Virus record (IMG/VR): IMGVR_UViG_3300045988_085428
Location: 1-36,649 of that record
DNA length: 36,649 nucleotides
Source of the DNA: a virus
Strand: one strand, 5' to 3'
Part shown: positions 25,407-33,335 of the stretch, in pieces
Layout: every line of letters starts with the position of its first letter
How positions within the stretch are numbered: position 1 is the stretch's first letter
Position numbers and translations under genes: made by a program
The notes under the pieces: generated by a model
What the model was told of the DNA's origin: nothing
Seen by the model: only the letters and a program-made list of their open reading frames with translations
Database searches by the model: none

Positions 25407-25643
25407 CTAACATTTACTATGCTTTTTCTTGTATTCCAAAATCTCTTTTCGCTCTTTCTCCCAATCCGCCTCCGACATTCTTACAAATTCCTGATCAGCA
25501 ATAGTTCTATCCTTATGTATCTTAAACCTATACTGCCAATGTCTTTGCCTTATTTCTCTCAGCTCAGGGTCTTTGATCCTGCTGATTTCTTCATTATTCA
25601 ACGTATCTTTATACTGCTCTTCTTCGTTTAACCATTCTGACAT
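25407..25643 (-). CDS. Hypothetical protein, 78 aa
   Basis: ATG at 25643 with AAAGGGTG upstream. The longer track ORF (to 25853) has an implausible N-terminus and spans the intergenic region. Confidence 0.55.
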   Translation of the reverse strand: MSEWLNEEEQYKDTLNNEEISRIKDPELREIRQRHWQYRFKIHKDRTIADQEFVRMSEADWEKERKEILEYKKKHSKC

Positions 25644-25667
25644 TTTCATCACCCTTTCACCATATTC

Positions 25668-25701
25668 TATACTTATCATAATATCGTATAGCCTGATAAT
25701 A
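25668..25701. repeat. Two imperfect direct repeats TATA-N6/7-ATAATA in the region between the late regulator and the next gene
   Basis: TATACTTATCATAATA (25668-25683) and TATAGCCTGATAATA (25687-25701). Confidence 0.4.
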
Positions 25702-25833
25702 CGCAACGAAAAAGACGACCTGTCATCAGATCGCCCTTTTACTACACTTACCGTCGGAGAACTTATTGTGAAAATGTCACATCCGAAAAGCTCTTTTCTT
25801 TCGCTTCTCGATGTTATCATAATACCACAGATG

Positions 25834-26268
25834 TTACTGACATTCACTGACATCTTTTTCTGGAAGCCGAAAATTTACCAGTGCCTTCCCGTGAAATCGA
25901 TAGATCTGCCGTTCTGAAAACTTCATCTTCTCTGCAATCTCCCACCAATCCATCCCACGGATATATCGGTAAAACAGCACGTCCTTCTCATTTTCACTCC
26001 GCAGTCTTTTAATCTGCCGTACAATCTCCTGATATTCCACCATCCGCACATATCGTTCTTTTATTAGCTCTGACACCATTCGGTCAAGCTCTGCTGCATA
26101 ACCGGACAGATCTCCCTGGCTGCTCCCGTGTGGCATCCCATCATTGTTCATCGATGGAGAAATCTTCATAGATCGCAACTCTGCTATTTCCGCATTGATT
26201 CTATGTATCCTCCGGACATGGATCCTGTACTGTCTCAGATATTCTTTCTTTTTCTCATTTTCCGTCAT
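25834..26268 (-). CDS. Late-gene transcriptional regulator, sigma-70 region-4-like (ArpU/RinA/DUF1492-type), 144 aa
   Basis: The C-terminal sequence EKDVLFYRYIRGMDWWEIAEKMKFSERQIYRFHGKALVNF is a region-4-type HTH. Lies just upstream of the packaging genes. Confidence 0.7.
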   Translation of the reverse strand: MTENEKKKEYLRQYRIHVRRIHRINAEIAELRSMKISPSMNNDGMPHGSSQGDLSGYAAELDRMVSELIKERYVRMVEYQEIVRQIKRLRSENEKDVLFYRYIRGMDWWEIAEKMKFSERQIYRFHGKALVNFRLPEKDVSECQ

Positions 26269-26512
26269 TTCTTTTTCTTCGGTCTGCAATGGTATCCACC
26301 TCCGCTGTAATGTCATACTTCCGTGCCAGATATTCCGCAACGCTCACACTCTGGTATGCTGGTCTTCGGAATCTCTCCAACGCCTTCGCATCATGCCGGC
26401 TCTCCAACTCTTCATAATGCTGCTGTCTATCTCTCCGCTGCTCTTTTCTGCTTCGTTTCTCCTGCAAATTATCACCTTCTATCCTTTGAACGCTTCCGGA
26501 AGCGGCATCCAC
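26255..26512 (-). CDS. Small basic protein (85 aa from GTG 26512, or 70 aa from TTG 26467)
   Basis: The open frame is translationally coupled to the regulator gene by a 14-nt overlap. The start is uncertain. Confidence 0.5.
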   Translation of the reverse strand: MDAASGSVQRIEGDNLQEKRSRKEQRRDRQQHYEELESRHDAKALERFRRPAYQSVSVAEYLARKYDITAEVDTIADRRKRNDGK

Positions 26513-26703
26513 GCCGCAACCTTGTACGGTTCTCTCTGTTCATCGAACCAGACACCTGTCTGGGAATAATACAGCGTTGTCGCTTTCTCTGCTCCCTCGA
26601 TCGTAACCAGGAACTCCGCTGCATATGCACTTCTGACATATGATTCTATGAATTCCCGTTGATCTGGGAGTCTTTCTGTTGTTGGAATCCATCCGTTACT
26701 CAT
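26479..26703 (-). CDS. DUF551-like protein, 74 aa
   Basis: WIPTTERLPD at the N-terminus and AAWMPLPEAF at the C-terminus. Confidence 0.7.
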   Translation of the reverse strand: MSNGWIPTTERLPDQREFIESYVRSAYAAEFLVTIEGAEKATTLYYSQTGVWFDEQREPYKVAAWMPLPEAFKG

Positions 26704-27059
26704 TATTCTCTGCCTTTCTTCATGAAATCATGATAAATTCGGTCGTTCTCTATATGCATGAAGGCGTCAAAATCTAAATCTTTTTGCCTGACTCTTCTAT
26801 TCTCAAATGGATAACTTCCATCCATCATTGCTTTTACATCTTGCAATTCTGCTATGAGTGCATCTATGCTTTCCGTCTTTGTGAATGTCAGGATAACTTC
26901 CGCCTGCTCTGTATCCCATGCATCTTCAACTGGAGCTTTTTCACCTATCTCATGTGGTTCCTGTGTAATACAGCACAATGCTCCGATGCCACCGCTCAAA
27001 GCGCCAGTCATTCTGATATCACCTGTTCCGAACTCCATTTTTGCTTTGCCTTTAATCAT
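26703..27059 (-). CDS. Hypothetical protein, 118 aa
   Basis: ORF with GGGG-type RBS. Its stop overlaps the next start. No family recognised. Confidence 0.6.
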   Translation of the reverse strand: MIKGKAKMEFGTGDIRMTGALSGGIGALCCITQEPHEIGEKAPVEDAWDTEQAEVILTFTKTESIDALIAELQDVKAMMDGSYPFENRRVRQKDLDFDAFMHIENDRIYHDFMKKGRE

Positions 27060-27285
27060 TGTTTTTCCCCTTTTCTTTCATGTACTTCAGAATTTCTTTT
27101 TTCACCATCTTGGCGTATTTCGGATGCTCGCACCCAAACATAATGCATCCGTTATACTCTGTGCCATTGCCCGGATCATCATGGTCTACACTCAGTCTGC
27201 AATTTTCCGGACAGCACTCGCCAACATCATGTTCTTTGCAATAATCTCCCATTGCTACTAAGAAGTCTTCGATCTTAACTTTCAT
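27052..27285 (-). CDS. Small Cys-rich protein, 77 aa
   Basis: AGAGGTGG lies 5 nt before the ATG at 27285. Seven Cys residues (CKEH..ECCPENC...C..GC). Confidence 0.6.
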   Translation of the reverse strand: MKVKIEDFLVAMGDYCKEHDVGECCPENCRLSVDHDDPGNGTEYNGCIMFGCEHPKYAKMVKKEILKYMKEKGKNND

Positions 27286-27610
27286 CCAGGCCACCTCTTT
27301 TCACGATTTCAATTGCCATATCTATAGCGTGCTCTTCACTCATATCTCCATCCCAGCACTCATTGAGATATTTGCAATATACGCAGTCCTCATTGTTACA
27401 AGCTCCATCTAGCTTTAGCTGCTCTAAGTTAGAGACAATATTGTCCACATCAAACGCTGTCGGCTGTTCTTCTACCGCTTTCATGCACTCTTTTATTGTC
27501 TCGTAGATTTCTTTCTGATTTTTACTGTCATTGCGTCCGAACGGAGCTTCTTGCAAAGCATAATCATTCAAGTGGAGCATCAGCTTATCTGCATCAATCA
27601 GTCTTCCCAT
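27275..27610 (-). CDS. Hypothetical protein, 111 aa
   Basis: AGGAGG RBS. The N-terminus is MGRLIDADKL. No family recognised. Confidence 0.65.
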   Translation of the reverse strand: MGRLIDADKLMLHLNDYALQEAPFGRNDSKNQKEIYETIKECMKAVEEQPTAFDVDNIVSNLEQLKLDGACNNEDCVYCKYLNECWDGDMSEEHAIDMAIEIVKRGGLDES

Positions 27611-27791
27611 CGTCTATCCTCCTGTTCCATTCCGCAATTACTTCATCCAAATTGTGCCCTGTCGGATAAGATGTTACCGGCACCGGACAGTTTGGATTAT
27701 TGCATTTGAGCATATACATTCTTCCACCGCTTGACCAATGTTCTATTATTGGTTTTTTTCCGCAGAGCGGACATAATTTTAATTTCTTCAC
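27594..27791 (-). CDS. Lar-family restriction-alleviation-like zinc-ribbon protein, 65 aa, GTG start
   Basis: AAGGAGAA RBS. Has LCPLCGKKP...KC..PNC...EVIAEWNRR, i.e. the CPxCG ... WNRR pattern I associate with the Lar family. Confidence 0.65.
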   Translation of the reverse strand: MKKLKLCPLCGKKPIIEHWSSGGRMYMLKCNNPNCPVPVTSYPTGHNLDEVIAEWNRRIDDGKTD

Positions 27792-28084
27792 TAATCATTC
27801 TCCTTATACGGTTTCGGCAACGGCATCCAGGCATTCACAATCAATCCATAACTTGCATAGGTTTCCTCATCATCTCCAGGATAAAACTTATCGTTCCCGT
27901 CATTTTCGTATCTTCCAATGTCCGGAAGTGTATAATTTTCAAACGAAACCAGAATGTATTCCTCTTCCTTTGGCATTCTCTCTGTAATTGGAATCCACCC
28001 ATGCTCTTTCTTGTATTTTTCTACCGCATCCTGCCGAAGCATCTCAATCAATTCTGCAATATTCCCTGTATCATTCGATTTCAT
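27791..28084 (-). CDS. DUF551-like protein, 97 aa (paralog of 26479-26703)
   Basis: WIPITERMPKEEE and NAWMPLPKPY motifs. Confidence 0.7.
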   Translation of the reverse strand: MKSNDTGNIAELIEMLRQDAVEKYKKEHGWIPITERMPKEEEYILVSFENYTLPDIGRYENDGNDKFYPGDDEETYASYGLIVNAWMPLPKPYKEND

Positions 28085-28285
28085 CTATCCCCCCCGCCTT
28101 TTCTGTATTTGCTCCATATATTCTGTAACCCGAATCTTCTCTCCACAGCTCGGGCATTCCACGAAGTTCCCAAGCTCATTCATTCCAACCTGGACGTTTG
28201 TAACATCTTCTTTCTCGCAAGTAATTCCAATTCCACATGCATCGCATTTGCCCTGGTATTTAATCTTACTGACAATCCGTATCAT
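28085..28285 (-). CDS. Small zinc-ribbon protein, 66 aa
   Basis: Contains CDACG-x26-CPSCG. Confidence 0.6.
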   Translation of the reverse strand: MIRIVSKIKYQGKCDACGIGITCEKEDVTNVQVGMNELGNFVECPSCGEKIRVTEYMEQIQKRRGG

Positions 28286-28294
28286 TCCAACACC

Positions 28295-28465
28295 TCACAT
28301 CACCTGTATTAAGAGTTCCTTCATGAGTCGTCCTTTTACACTTTTCACAATCTCCAAGTTGCATCTGGTACAGTCTTCCATCCCGTTTTCTTCCAGATAC
28401 GTCTGGATATCTTCCAATGCGGTGATCGTCTCTTCAACCTCTGTCTTTGTCAGATTTATAAACAT
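28295..28465 (-). CDS. Small protein, 56 aa (not in the ORF track)
   Basis: GAGGT RBS before the ATG at 28465. Its TGA stop lies within the RBS of the next gene. The ORF fills an otherwise empty 184-nt gap. Confidence 0.45.
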   Translation of the reverse strand: MFINLTKTEVEETITALEDIQTYLEENGMEDCTRCNLEIVKSVKGRLMKELLIQVM

Positions 28466-28469
28466 CTTC

Positions 28470-29000
28470 TTACCTCAACTTTCCTTGCAAAAATTCCGCT
28501 GCTTCTTCATATCCGTCCTCTCGCAGTACTTTCAGGACTTCTTCAATATCTACCGCCCGGAATCTCTCATCATGTTCATCATAACTTTCCTGACAGGTTG
28601 CTACCCTCGCCGTATCGATACCGAGGTCAAACTCTTCATTCAGGTACACTGCATAATCTTCAAGGGTTACATAATGCTCACCAAGATAGTCCAGATTCGT
28701 TGCATTCTTGGTCAGCTCATCGAATTTCTCTTTGAATCCAAGAAGCCTTTTCTTACCATACCCGAATTGATCATGCAGTGTCATACACACCACTGTCAGC
28801 ATAGTTGCATACAGATTCTTTGACAGGAACTCCCAGAACTCTTCCAACTGCTTATTGCTGTAGGAAAGTGGCGCTCTTAAGAATCCTCTCTGACGGATAT
28901 CCTTTTCCAATGCTTCCACTCCGTCTTTCTTTGCAATGTTTAATGCATAAATCATTCCTTGAGTGCGCCATTCCATTTCCTTGCTCATTTTCTTAGCCAT
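28470..29000 (-). CDS. Hypothetical protein, 176 aa
   Basis: ORF with GGTGG RBS. No family recognised. Confidence 0.65.
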   Translation of the reverse strand: MAKKMSKEMEWRTQGMIYALNIAKKDGVEALEKDIRQRGFLRAPLSYSNKQLEEFWEFLSKNLYATMLTVVCMTLHDQFGYGKKRLLGFKEKFDELTKNATNLDYLGEHYVTLEDYAVYLNEEFDLGIDTARVATCQESYDEHDERFRAVDIEEVLKVLREDGYEEAAEFLQGKLR

Positions 29001-29008
29001 ATTGCCAC

Positions 29009-29665
29009 CTACTCATAAAATTTTTTCATCTTCCGCTTCGACACCGCATTTCCCTTTTGATACACGCTGCACTCTTCCACGGAGCATCCTCTGCTGTGCC
29101 CTGTTATCTCGATATAGGAACAGCCAGCTCCCCTTGTGTTTCCTGTTGCCCGGAACATACAGGTCCTGCATTTGTGCCGGTCCGCATTACTGGCTGTCTT
29201 ATTTTCCGGCTTTGGTTTCTTACACTTATCCGGATTCAGCCAGGAATACACGGTACTGTATTTTGCATCGATCAACCGCGCAATCTCCGCAGCACCTTTT
29301 CCTTCTTTCGCCAGTTCCAGAGCTTTCTCCCTTTTATTTTCTGCCGGAATCACAATCGGATCCGACTCTGTGAGGGGGGGGGTGGTGCTTCCATCCTTCT
29401 CCGTTATCCCTGCCGGTTCTACTTCCACACTGCAGTTATCTGGTCTGTTCTGATCTACCATTTCAGCTACCGCCTGTGCAAATTCCGGATTGTGATATGC
29501 CGGAACATTTACCAGAAAATGATTTTCTTCCTGGTCCAGGATGTCCGACAATAACCGAACATCCATACTTCCATCATCCTTTGTCCATAATACTGTCACT
29601 GGTTTGCCTTTTATGTAGTCTGCCAATGCCTCTTTTAGATTCTTTTCTATCAGCATGATCATCAT
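29009..29665 (-). CDS. Two-domain early protein with an HTH and a Cys-rich C-terminus, 218 aa
   Basis: HTH-like stretch GKGAAEIARLIDAKYSTVYSWL. The C-terminus has CRTC...C...C..EEC. A C9 tract encodes the TTPPL linker. Confidence 0.65.
   Translation of the reverse strand: MMIMLIEKNLKEALADYIKGKPVTVLWTKDDGSMDVRLLSDILDQEENHFLVNVPAYHNPEFAQAVAEMVDQNRPDNCSVEVEPAGITEKDGSTTPPLTESDPIVIPAENKREKALELAKEGKGAAEIARLIDAKYSTVYSWLNPDKCKKPKPENKTASNADRHKCRTCMFRATGNTRGAGCSYIEITGHSRGCSVEECSVYQKGNAVSKRKMKKFYE
29374..29382. repeat. G9 (coding-strand C9) homopolymer inside 29009-29665
   Basis: Read directly: tgaGGGGGGGGGtgg. Confidence 0.95.
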
Positions 29666-29753
29666 TCCTCCTACTTCCCACGTTTAATAATCTTTCGTTT
29701 CTTCCTGCTTCCAACTCGCAAAAGTTTATTCTGTTTCCCATTCTTCTTTTTCA

Positions 29754-30599
29754 TCACTGCATCAACTTCCTTGTAAGATCTGTCATGTCCTCATACTCAC
29801 GCTCTTCAAAGTTCTTAAACTTCCCCTGTTTCTCTGGCTGCTTCTTTGTTTTCGGCTTTCTCTTCTGAACTGGATACAGGTTCTTCCATCCACCAGCTGC
29901 AGCCTTATTCAGGATCGCTTTCTGTTCAGTCAGATCAGAGGACAGCGATAATAGATCTTCCCTCAAAGCATTTACCTGTTCTTCAGAGATCTCTCCCCAG
30001 TTCTGTGATCGGACAAGGAGATAGAACTGAAAAGCTGATTCAAGGGAAGAATCGCTGAAAGCGCCCTTATATATATCCTTTTTATTTACTTTACTTTTCT
30101 TTGTGCACTTATTCTCGGAATCTTCGGGGTTTTTCCCGGAATAACCACATGCATTTCCGGGATTTTTTTGAAAAAGGGTGCATTTAATAAAAGGTTCCGT
30201 GGCTTTCTTTTCTAAAAGCCAATACCTTCCTACTTCTATCGGGTTCTTCCTTGCTCTTTCCTTTACGGCAAGCTGAAACCGCTTCTGTATCCCGGCAGAG
30301 GTCAAGACCTTGTCCGAACTAAAGAGTTTGCTATCAAACAGTGACTTCTTTAGCAGGAAGTTCAGGACCTGCTTCACCTTATCTACACTCACCCCTAATT
30401 CCGAGGCTATAATATATTCCAAATCATCATCAACCTGTATGTAGTATCCGTTTTTATAGATCTCACACAGTAAATAAACATAAATCATGATACCGTCAGC
30501 TCTGTACCTCGCCTTCAGTATCTTAATCCGGCTGTCGTTATCAAAGAAATCAGTATCCAAAGGAAAGTATGAAAGACCACTCTTTTTCGGTCTTGCCAA
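29754..30599 (-). CDS. Replisome organizer / DnaD-like replication protein with a DUF4373 (Lin1244-type) N-terminal domain, about 281 aa
   Basis: Motif YFPLDTDFFDNDSRIKILKARYRADGIMIYVYLLCEIYKNGYY. Probable TTG start at 30599 after AGGAAGGTGG. The frame is open up to 30635. Confidence 0.75.
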   Translation of the reverse strand: MARPKKSGLSYFPLDTDFFDNDSRIKILKARYRADGIMIYVYLLCEIYKNGYYIQVDDDLEYIIASELGVSVDKVKQVLNFLLKKSLFDSKLFSSDKVLTSAGIQKRFQLAVKERARKNPIEVGRYWLLEKKATEPFIKCTLFQKNPGNACGYSGKNPEDSENKCTKKSKVNKKDIYKGAFSDSSLESAFQFYLLVRSQNWGEISEEQVNALREDLLSLSSDLTEQKAILNKAAAGGWKNLYPVQKRKPKTKKQPEKQGKFKNFEEREYEDMTDLTRKLMQ

Positions 30600-30615
30600 C
30601 GCTACCACCTTCCTT

Positions 30616-31050
30616 TTATCCGGTATACTCCTCAACTGTCACATCCAGTCCCTCTACCGCCGAATAACATTTCTTTGCCTGAACCAGTGCGATCTGCGTA
30701 TCATCGTGATAAGCAACCCCGTTCAGTGCATCTGCTACTACCTTCACAATATTGTCCATATCCGGTTTCTTCAGCGGCAGCTCTCTTCCCTCTAGCATAT
30801 CAAGCTTCCGTTTCTTCGATACGCTCTTTGGCGGAAGATACCTTGCAATAATCCGGAGCGTCACAGGCTTTTCTCTTTCCAGGAACGCTCCCTTTGCCAT
30901 CTGCAGATACCGATCTTTGATGAAGTTCTCATACAGAACTGTGTTCTCCGGTGTCGTGGAACAGTGCTTCTTTGTCGATGCATTATAATACGTCCGTGCC
31001 CTGGCTTTTCCCTGCGGCTTGCCCGGAACCGTAAACATTACTGATGCCAT
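30616..31050 (-). CDS. rusA: RusA-family Holliday-junction resolvase, 144 aa
   Basis: Motifs VPGKPQGKARAR and KPDMDNIVKVVADALNGVAYHDDTQI. ATG at 31050. Confidence 0.85.
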   Translation of the reverse strand: MASVMFTVPGKPQGKARARTYYNASTKKHCSTTPENTVLYENFIKDRYLQMAKGAFLEREKPVTLRIIARYLPPKSVSKKRKLDMLEGRELPLKKPDMDNIVKVVADALNGVAYHDDTQIALVQAKKCYSAVEGLDVTVEEYTG

Positions 31051-31161
31051 TTCCCTTTGTCCTTTCTGCCGGCACTTACACAGCAGATGCTGCATAATGC
31101 CGGCTTGCTTTCTTATTATCAAGTTACGTGTGATATATTATTTTTAAGGAGATGTCATTAT

Positions 31162-31902
31162 CTATGCGATAATCGTAATGTGGTACTTCTCAAGTTCCTC
31201 CGCCAGTTCATATGCCAGATAGTCCTTGATTTTCTTCATAGTTGCATTCTTCCATAAACCACCGTCTGCTTCTACAAGCTTGAAGGAAGGTCCATGGTCA
31301 CCGTCCTGGATCCGAAATACATAACTGCTCTGCGGCTGCTCGATTTCTGCAAAGGTACGATACGGTCTGAGCTTCACCGGATTCGGTACGATCACATCCG
31401 TCTTATTTGCAATCCCGCTCTTAATTGTGGTTTTCTGGCTGACACCATCATCATCATAATTCGCCGTTGTTCCTGACTCGATATTTCCGGCAACCTGCTT
31501 CAGGACAGTCAGATCATCGGATTCAATGAAGTTTGCCTGCAGCTCGATCAGAAAACGTTCCTGGTCATAATAACGGTCAAACCGGAATTCATTTACAATG
31601 GCATCTGCCCTCATAAGCTCCTCCCTGTTGCGTTCGTCCACCAGTCCGGAATACAATCTTACTTCTGTCGGACTGATTACATGCAGAATCATGGTCTCCC
31701 GGAGTTCTTCCGGTTTCCCCTTGATATAGTCCACAATGGATGTCAGGGTGTTGACACTCAGGGAATCTGCCTTCGGGAAATAATGATATCTTGTCAGATT
31801 TTTATTGCAGTATGTATTGCCGTTGATTTCAAGCACCTTCGGCTCCATGCTGCCTTCTTTCAGATTTGTGATAAATTCAATTGCTTCTTTTAATCCTTCC
31901 AT
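31162..31902 (-). CDS. Conserved-looking phage protein of unknown function, 246 aa
   Basis: ORF within the recombination/replication block. No family recognised with confidence. Confidence 0.6.
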   Translation of the reverse strand: MEGLKEAIEFITNLKEGSMEPKVLEINGNTYCNKNLTRYHYFPKADSLSVNTLTSIVDYIKGKPEELRETMILHVISPTEVRLYSGLVDERNREELMRADAIVNEFRFDRYYDQERFLIELQANFIESDDLTVLKQVAGNIESGTTANYDDDGVSQKTTIKSGIANKTDVIVPNPVKLRPYRTFAEIEQPQSSYVFRIQDGDHGPSFKLVEADGGLWKNATMKKIKDYLAYELAEELEKYHITIIA

Positions 31903-31916
31903 CGTTTTTACTCCTC

Positions 31917-32372
31917 CTATGCTTGTTTTGCTGTTCTTAAATCAATGACTTTGCCTGCGTGTTCCGGAACTGAATCCGCCACAACTTCTCCAGTAGCTTT
32001 ATCAATTACTTTTCCATCTACCACTGTAGTTCCTGCTTCTGGTACAACTCCCGGAACGTCCTGTACAGACATCTGTCCTGGAATCTGGTTGCCGATCTCG
32101 ACTGCTTCCACTTCGCCGGTGCGGAGATCTTTTCCCATGCTCAATGCAGTGACTGCTCCGAGTGCCGGTGCAAGGGTTGTCTTCGTCTGAACTCCGGTTG
32201 CAATGAAGTTTCTTTCCTGATTCGGCTTAAATGCGATCGTTACCGTAATCTTTCTCGCTGTGCCGGCATCCGTGTTCGGATCCTGGATGTTCTTCGTGAC
32301 CTCTTCGATTGCCCGGTTTACTTGCGCGGTAAATGCTCCGTTTGCAAATGTTTCTAAGTTAATGTGCCGCAT
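31917..32372 (-). CDS. Hypothetical protein, 151 aa
   Basis: ORF directly downstream of recT. Gly/Val/Thr-rich C-terminal half. No family assigned. Confidence 0.6.
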   Translation of the reverse strand: MRHINLETFANGAFTAQVNRAIEEVTKNIQDPNTDAGTARKITVTIAFKPNQERNFIATGVQTKTTLAPALGAVTALSMGKDLRTGEVEAVEIGNQIPGQMSVQDVPGVVPEAGTTVVDGKVIDKATGEVVADSVPEHAGKVIDLRTAKQA

Positions 32373-32396
32373 AATTCTTTTTCCCCTTTCTTAAAT

Positions 32397-33332
32397 CTAT
32401 CCAAAAAATGATGCCTCAATACCCTTCGGATCCGGCTGCTGTGTTCCTGGCTCTGCCGGCTGGTCTTCCTGGACCTCATTCAGCTCCTGATCGGCTACCA
32501 CTCCATCATCTTCCGCTTTCACTGCATCTACATATTCCGTCTTTCCGTCCTCATGGATCACTGCCATGTCCTTGTCAATCGCATTCTGGAGATCGATGCT
32601 CATAATTCCCCATTTGCTGATCAGCTGCCGGAGCATGGTTTTCAGTGCCATTCCGTCAAAGTCCTTAAACCAGAATGAAGAATACTTCCACATATCCTTT
32701 TCCGGAATCTTGCCCTGTTCCAGTAATTCCAGAGATTTTGCTCCACCGTTTTTGTAAAACGCAAAAGAATACTTCTCGGCGTGTGCAAGCATTTTTTTCT
32801 TTGACCAGTACAAGGTCTTCCGGAAACCATTCTCATACTCGAACATTGCGAAGTATCCCATGGTTGGAGCTTCCTCCCGGAGGATATCATCATCAATCAG
32901 ATTGACCTCAACTTCCTCATCCAGAGGATCATACCGGACAAGCTCTCCTTCCTTGATTGCAAGTACATTGAGCTTTTTGTAGTAACCGGAACGGATTGCC
33001 AGCTGAATATATCCTTTATAGCCAAGCTGGAACTGCGCTTCCTTGCAGCCCTTTTTCTTGTTGTCGAACGGAACCATATAAAACTGGCCAAGCTGCGGGG
33101 ACGGCGATAAATTTAGCGCCTCTCCGAGTAATGCAGCGTTTACAATACTAGGGCTTGTACACTCCTGTAATGCCGGTGTGCTCTGCACCGCACTTACAAT
33201 ACTGGAAATGAACCTTGTCCCGTTCTTTCCACCAACCACCTGATTGATCTGCTTCTTTACCGCATCGTTCTGCAAGTAAACCGACAACTTCATTGACTGA
33301 TCCTGTCTTGCCAAACTGTTCTGTACTGCCAT
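32397..33332 (-). CDS. recT: RecT-family single-strand annealing protein, 311 aa
   Basis: Motifs IVNAALLGEALNLSP, QFYMVPF and LGYKGYIQLAIRSG. Paired with a YqaJ-type exonuclease. Confidence 0.85.
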   Translation of the reverse strand: MAVQNSLARQDQSMKLSVYLQNDAVKKQINQVVGGKNGTRFISSIVSAVQSTPALQECTSPSIVNAALLGEALNLSPSPQLGQFYMVPFDNKKKGCKEAQFQLGYKGYIQLAIRSGYYKKLNVLAIKEGELVRYDPLDEEVEVNLIDDDILREEAPTMGYFAMFEYENGFRKTLYWSKKKMLAHAEKYSFAFYKNGGAKSLELLEQGKIPEKDMWKYSSFWFKDFDGMALKTMLRQLISKWGIMSIDLQNAIDKDMAVIHEDGKTEYVDAVKAEDDGVVADQELNEVQEDQPAEPGTQQPDPKGIEASFFG

Positions 33333-33335
33333 GTC

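Noticed and set aside
29671-29754. 27-codon extremely basic micro-ORF (MKKKNGKQNKLLRVGSRKKRKIIKRGK) between the organizer gene and 29009-29665
   Set aside because: It starts in a GTGATG overlapping the upstream stop and ends in the next RBS, so it could be translated. It is too short and compositionally biased to call without conservation or ribosome-profiling data.
31067-31104. GC-rich hairpin (GCCGGC...GCCGGC with an inner GCAG/CTGC stem) and a TTGATA-16-CATTAT promoter-like element upstream of rusA
   Set aside because: The structure is real in the sequence, but there is no T-run, the promoter match is only moderate, and I can propose no specific function. It is noted but not interpreted.
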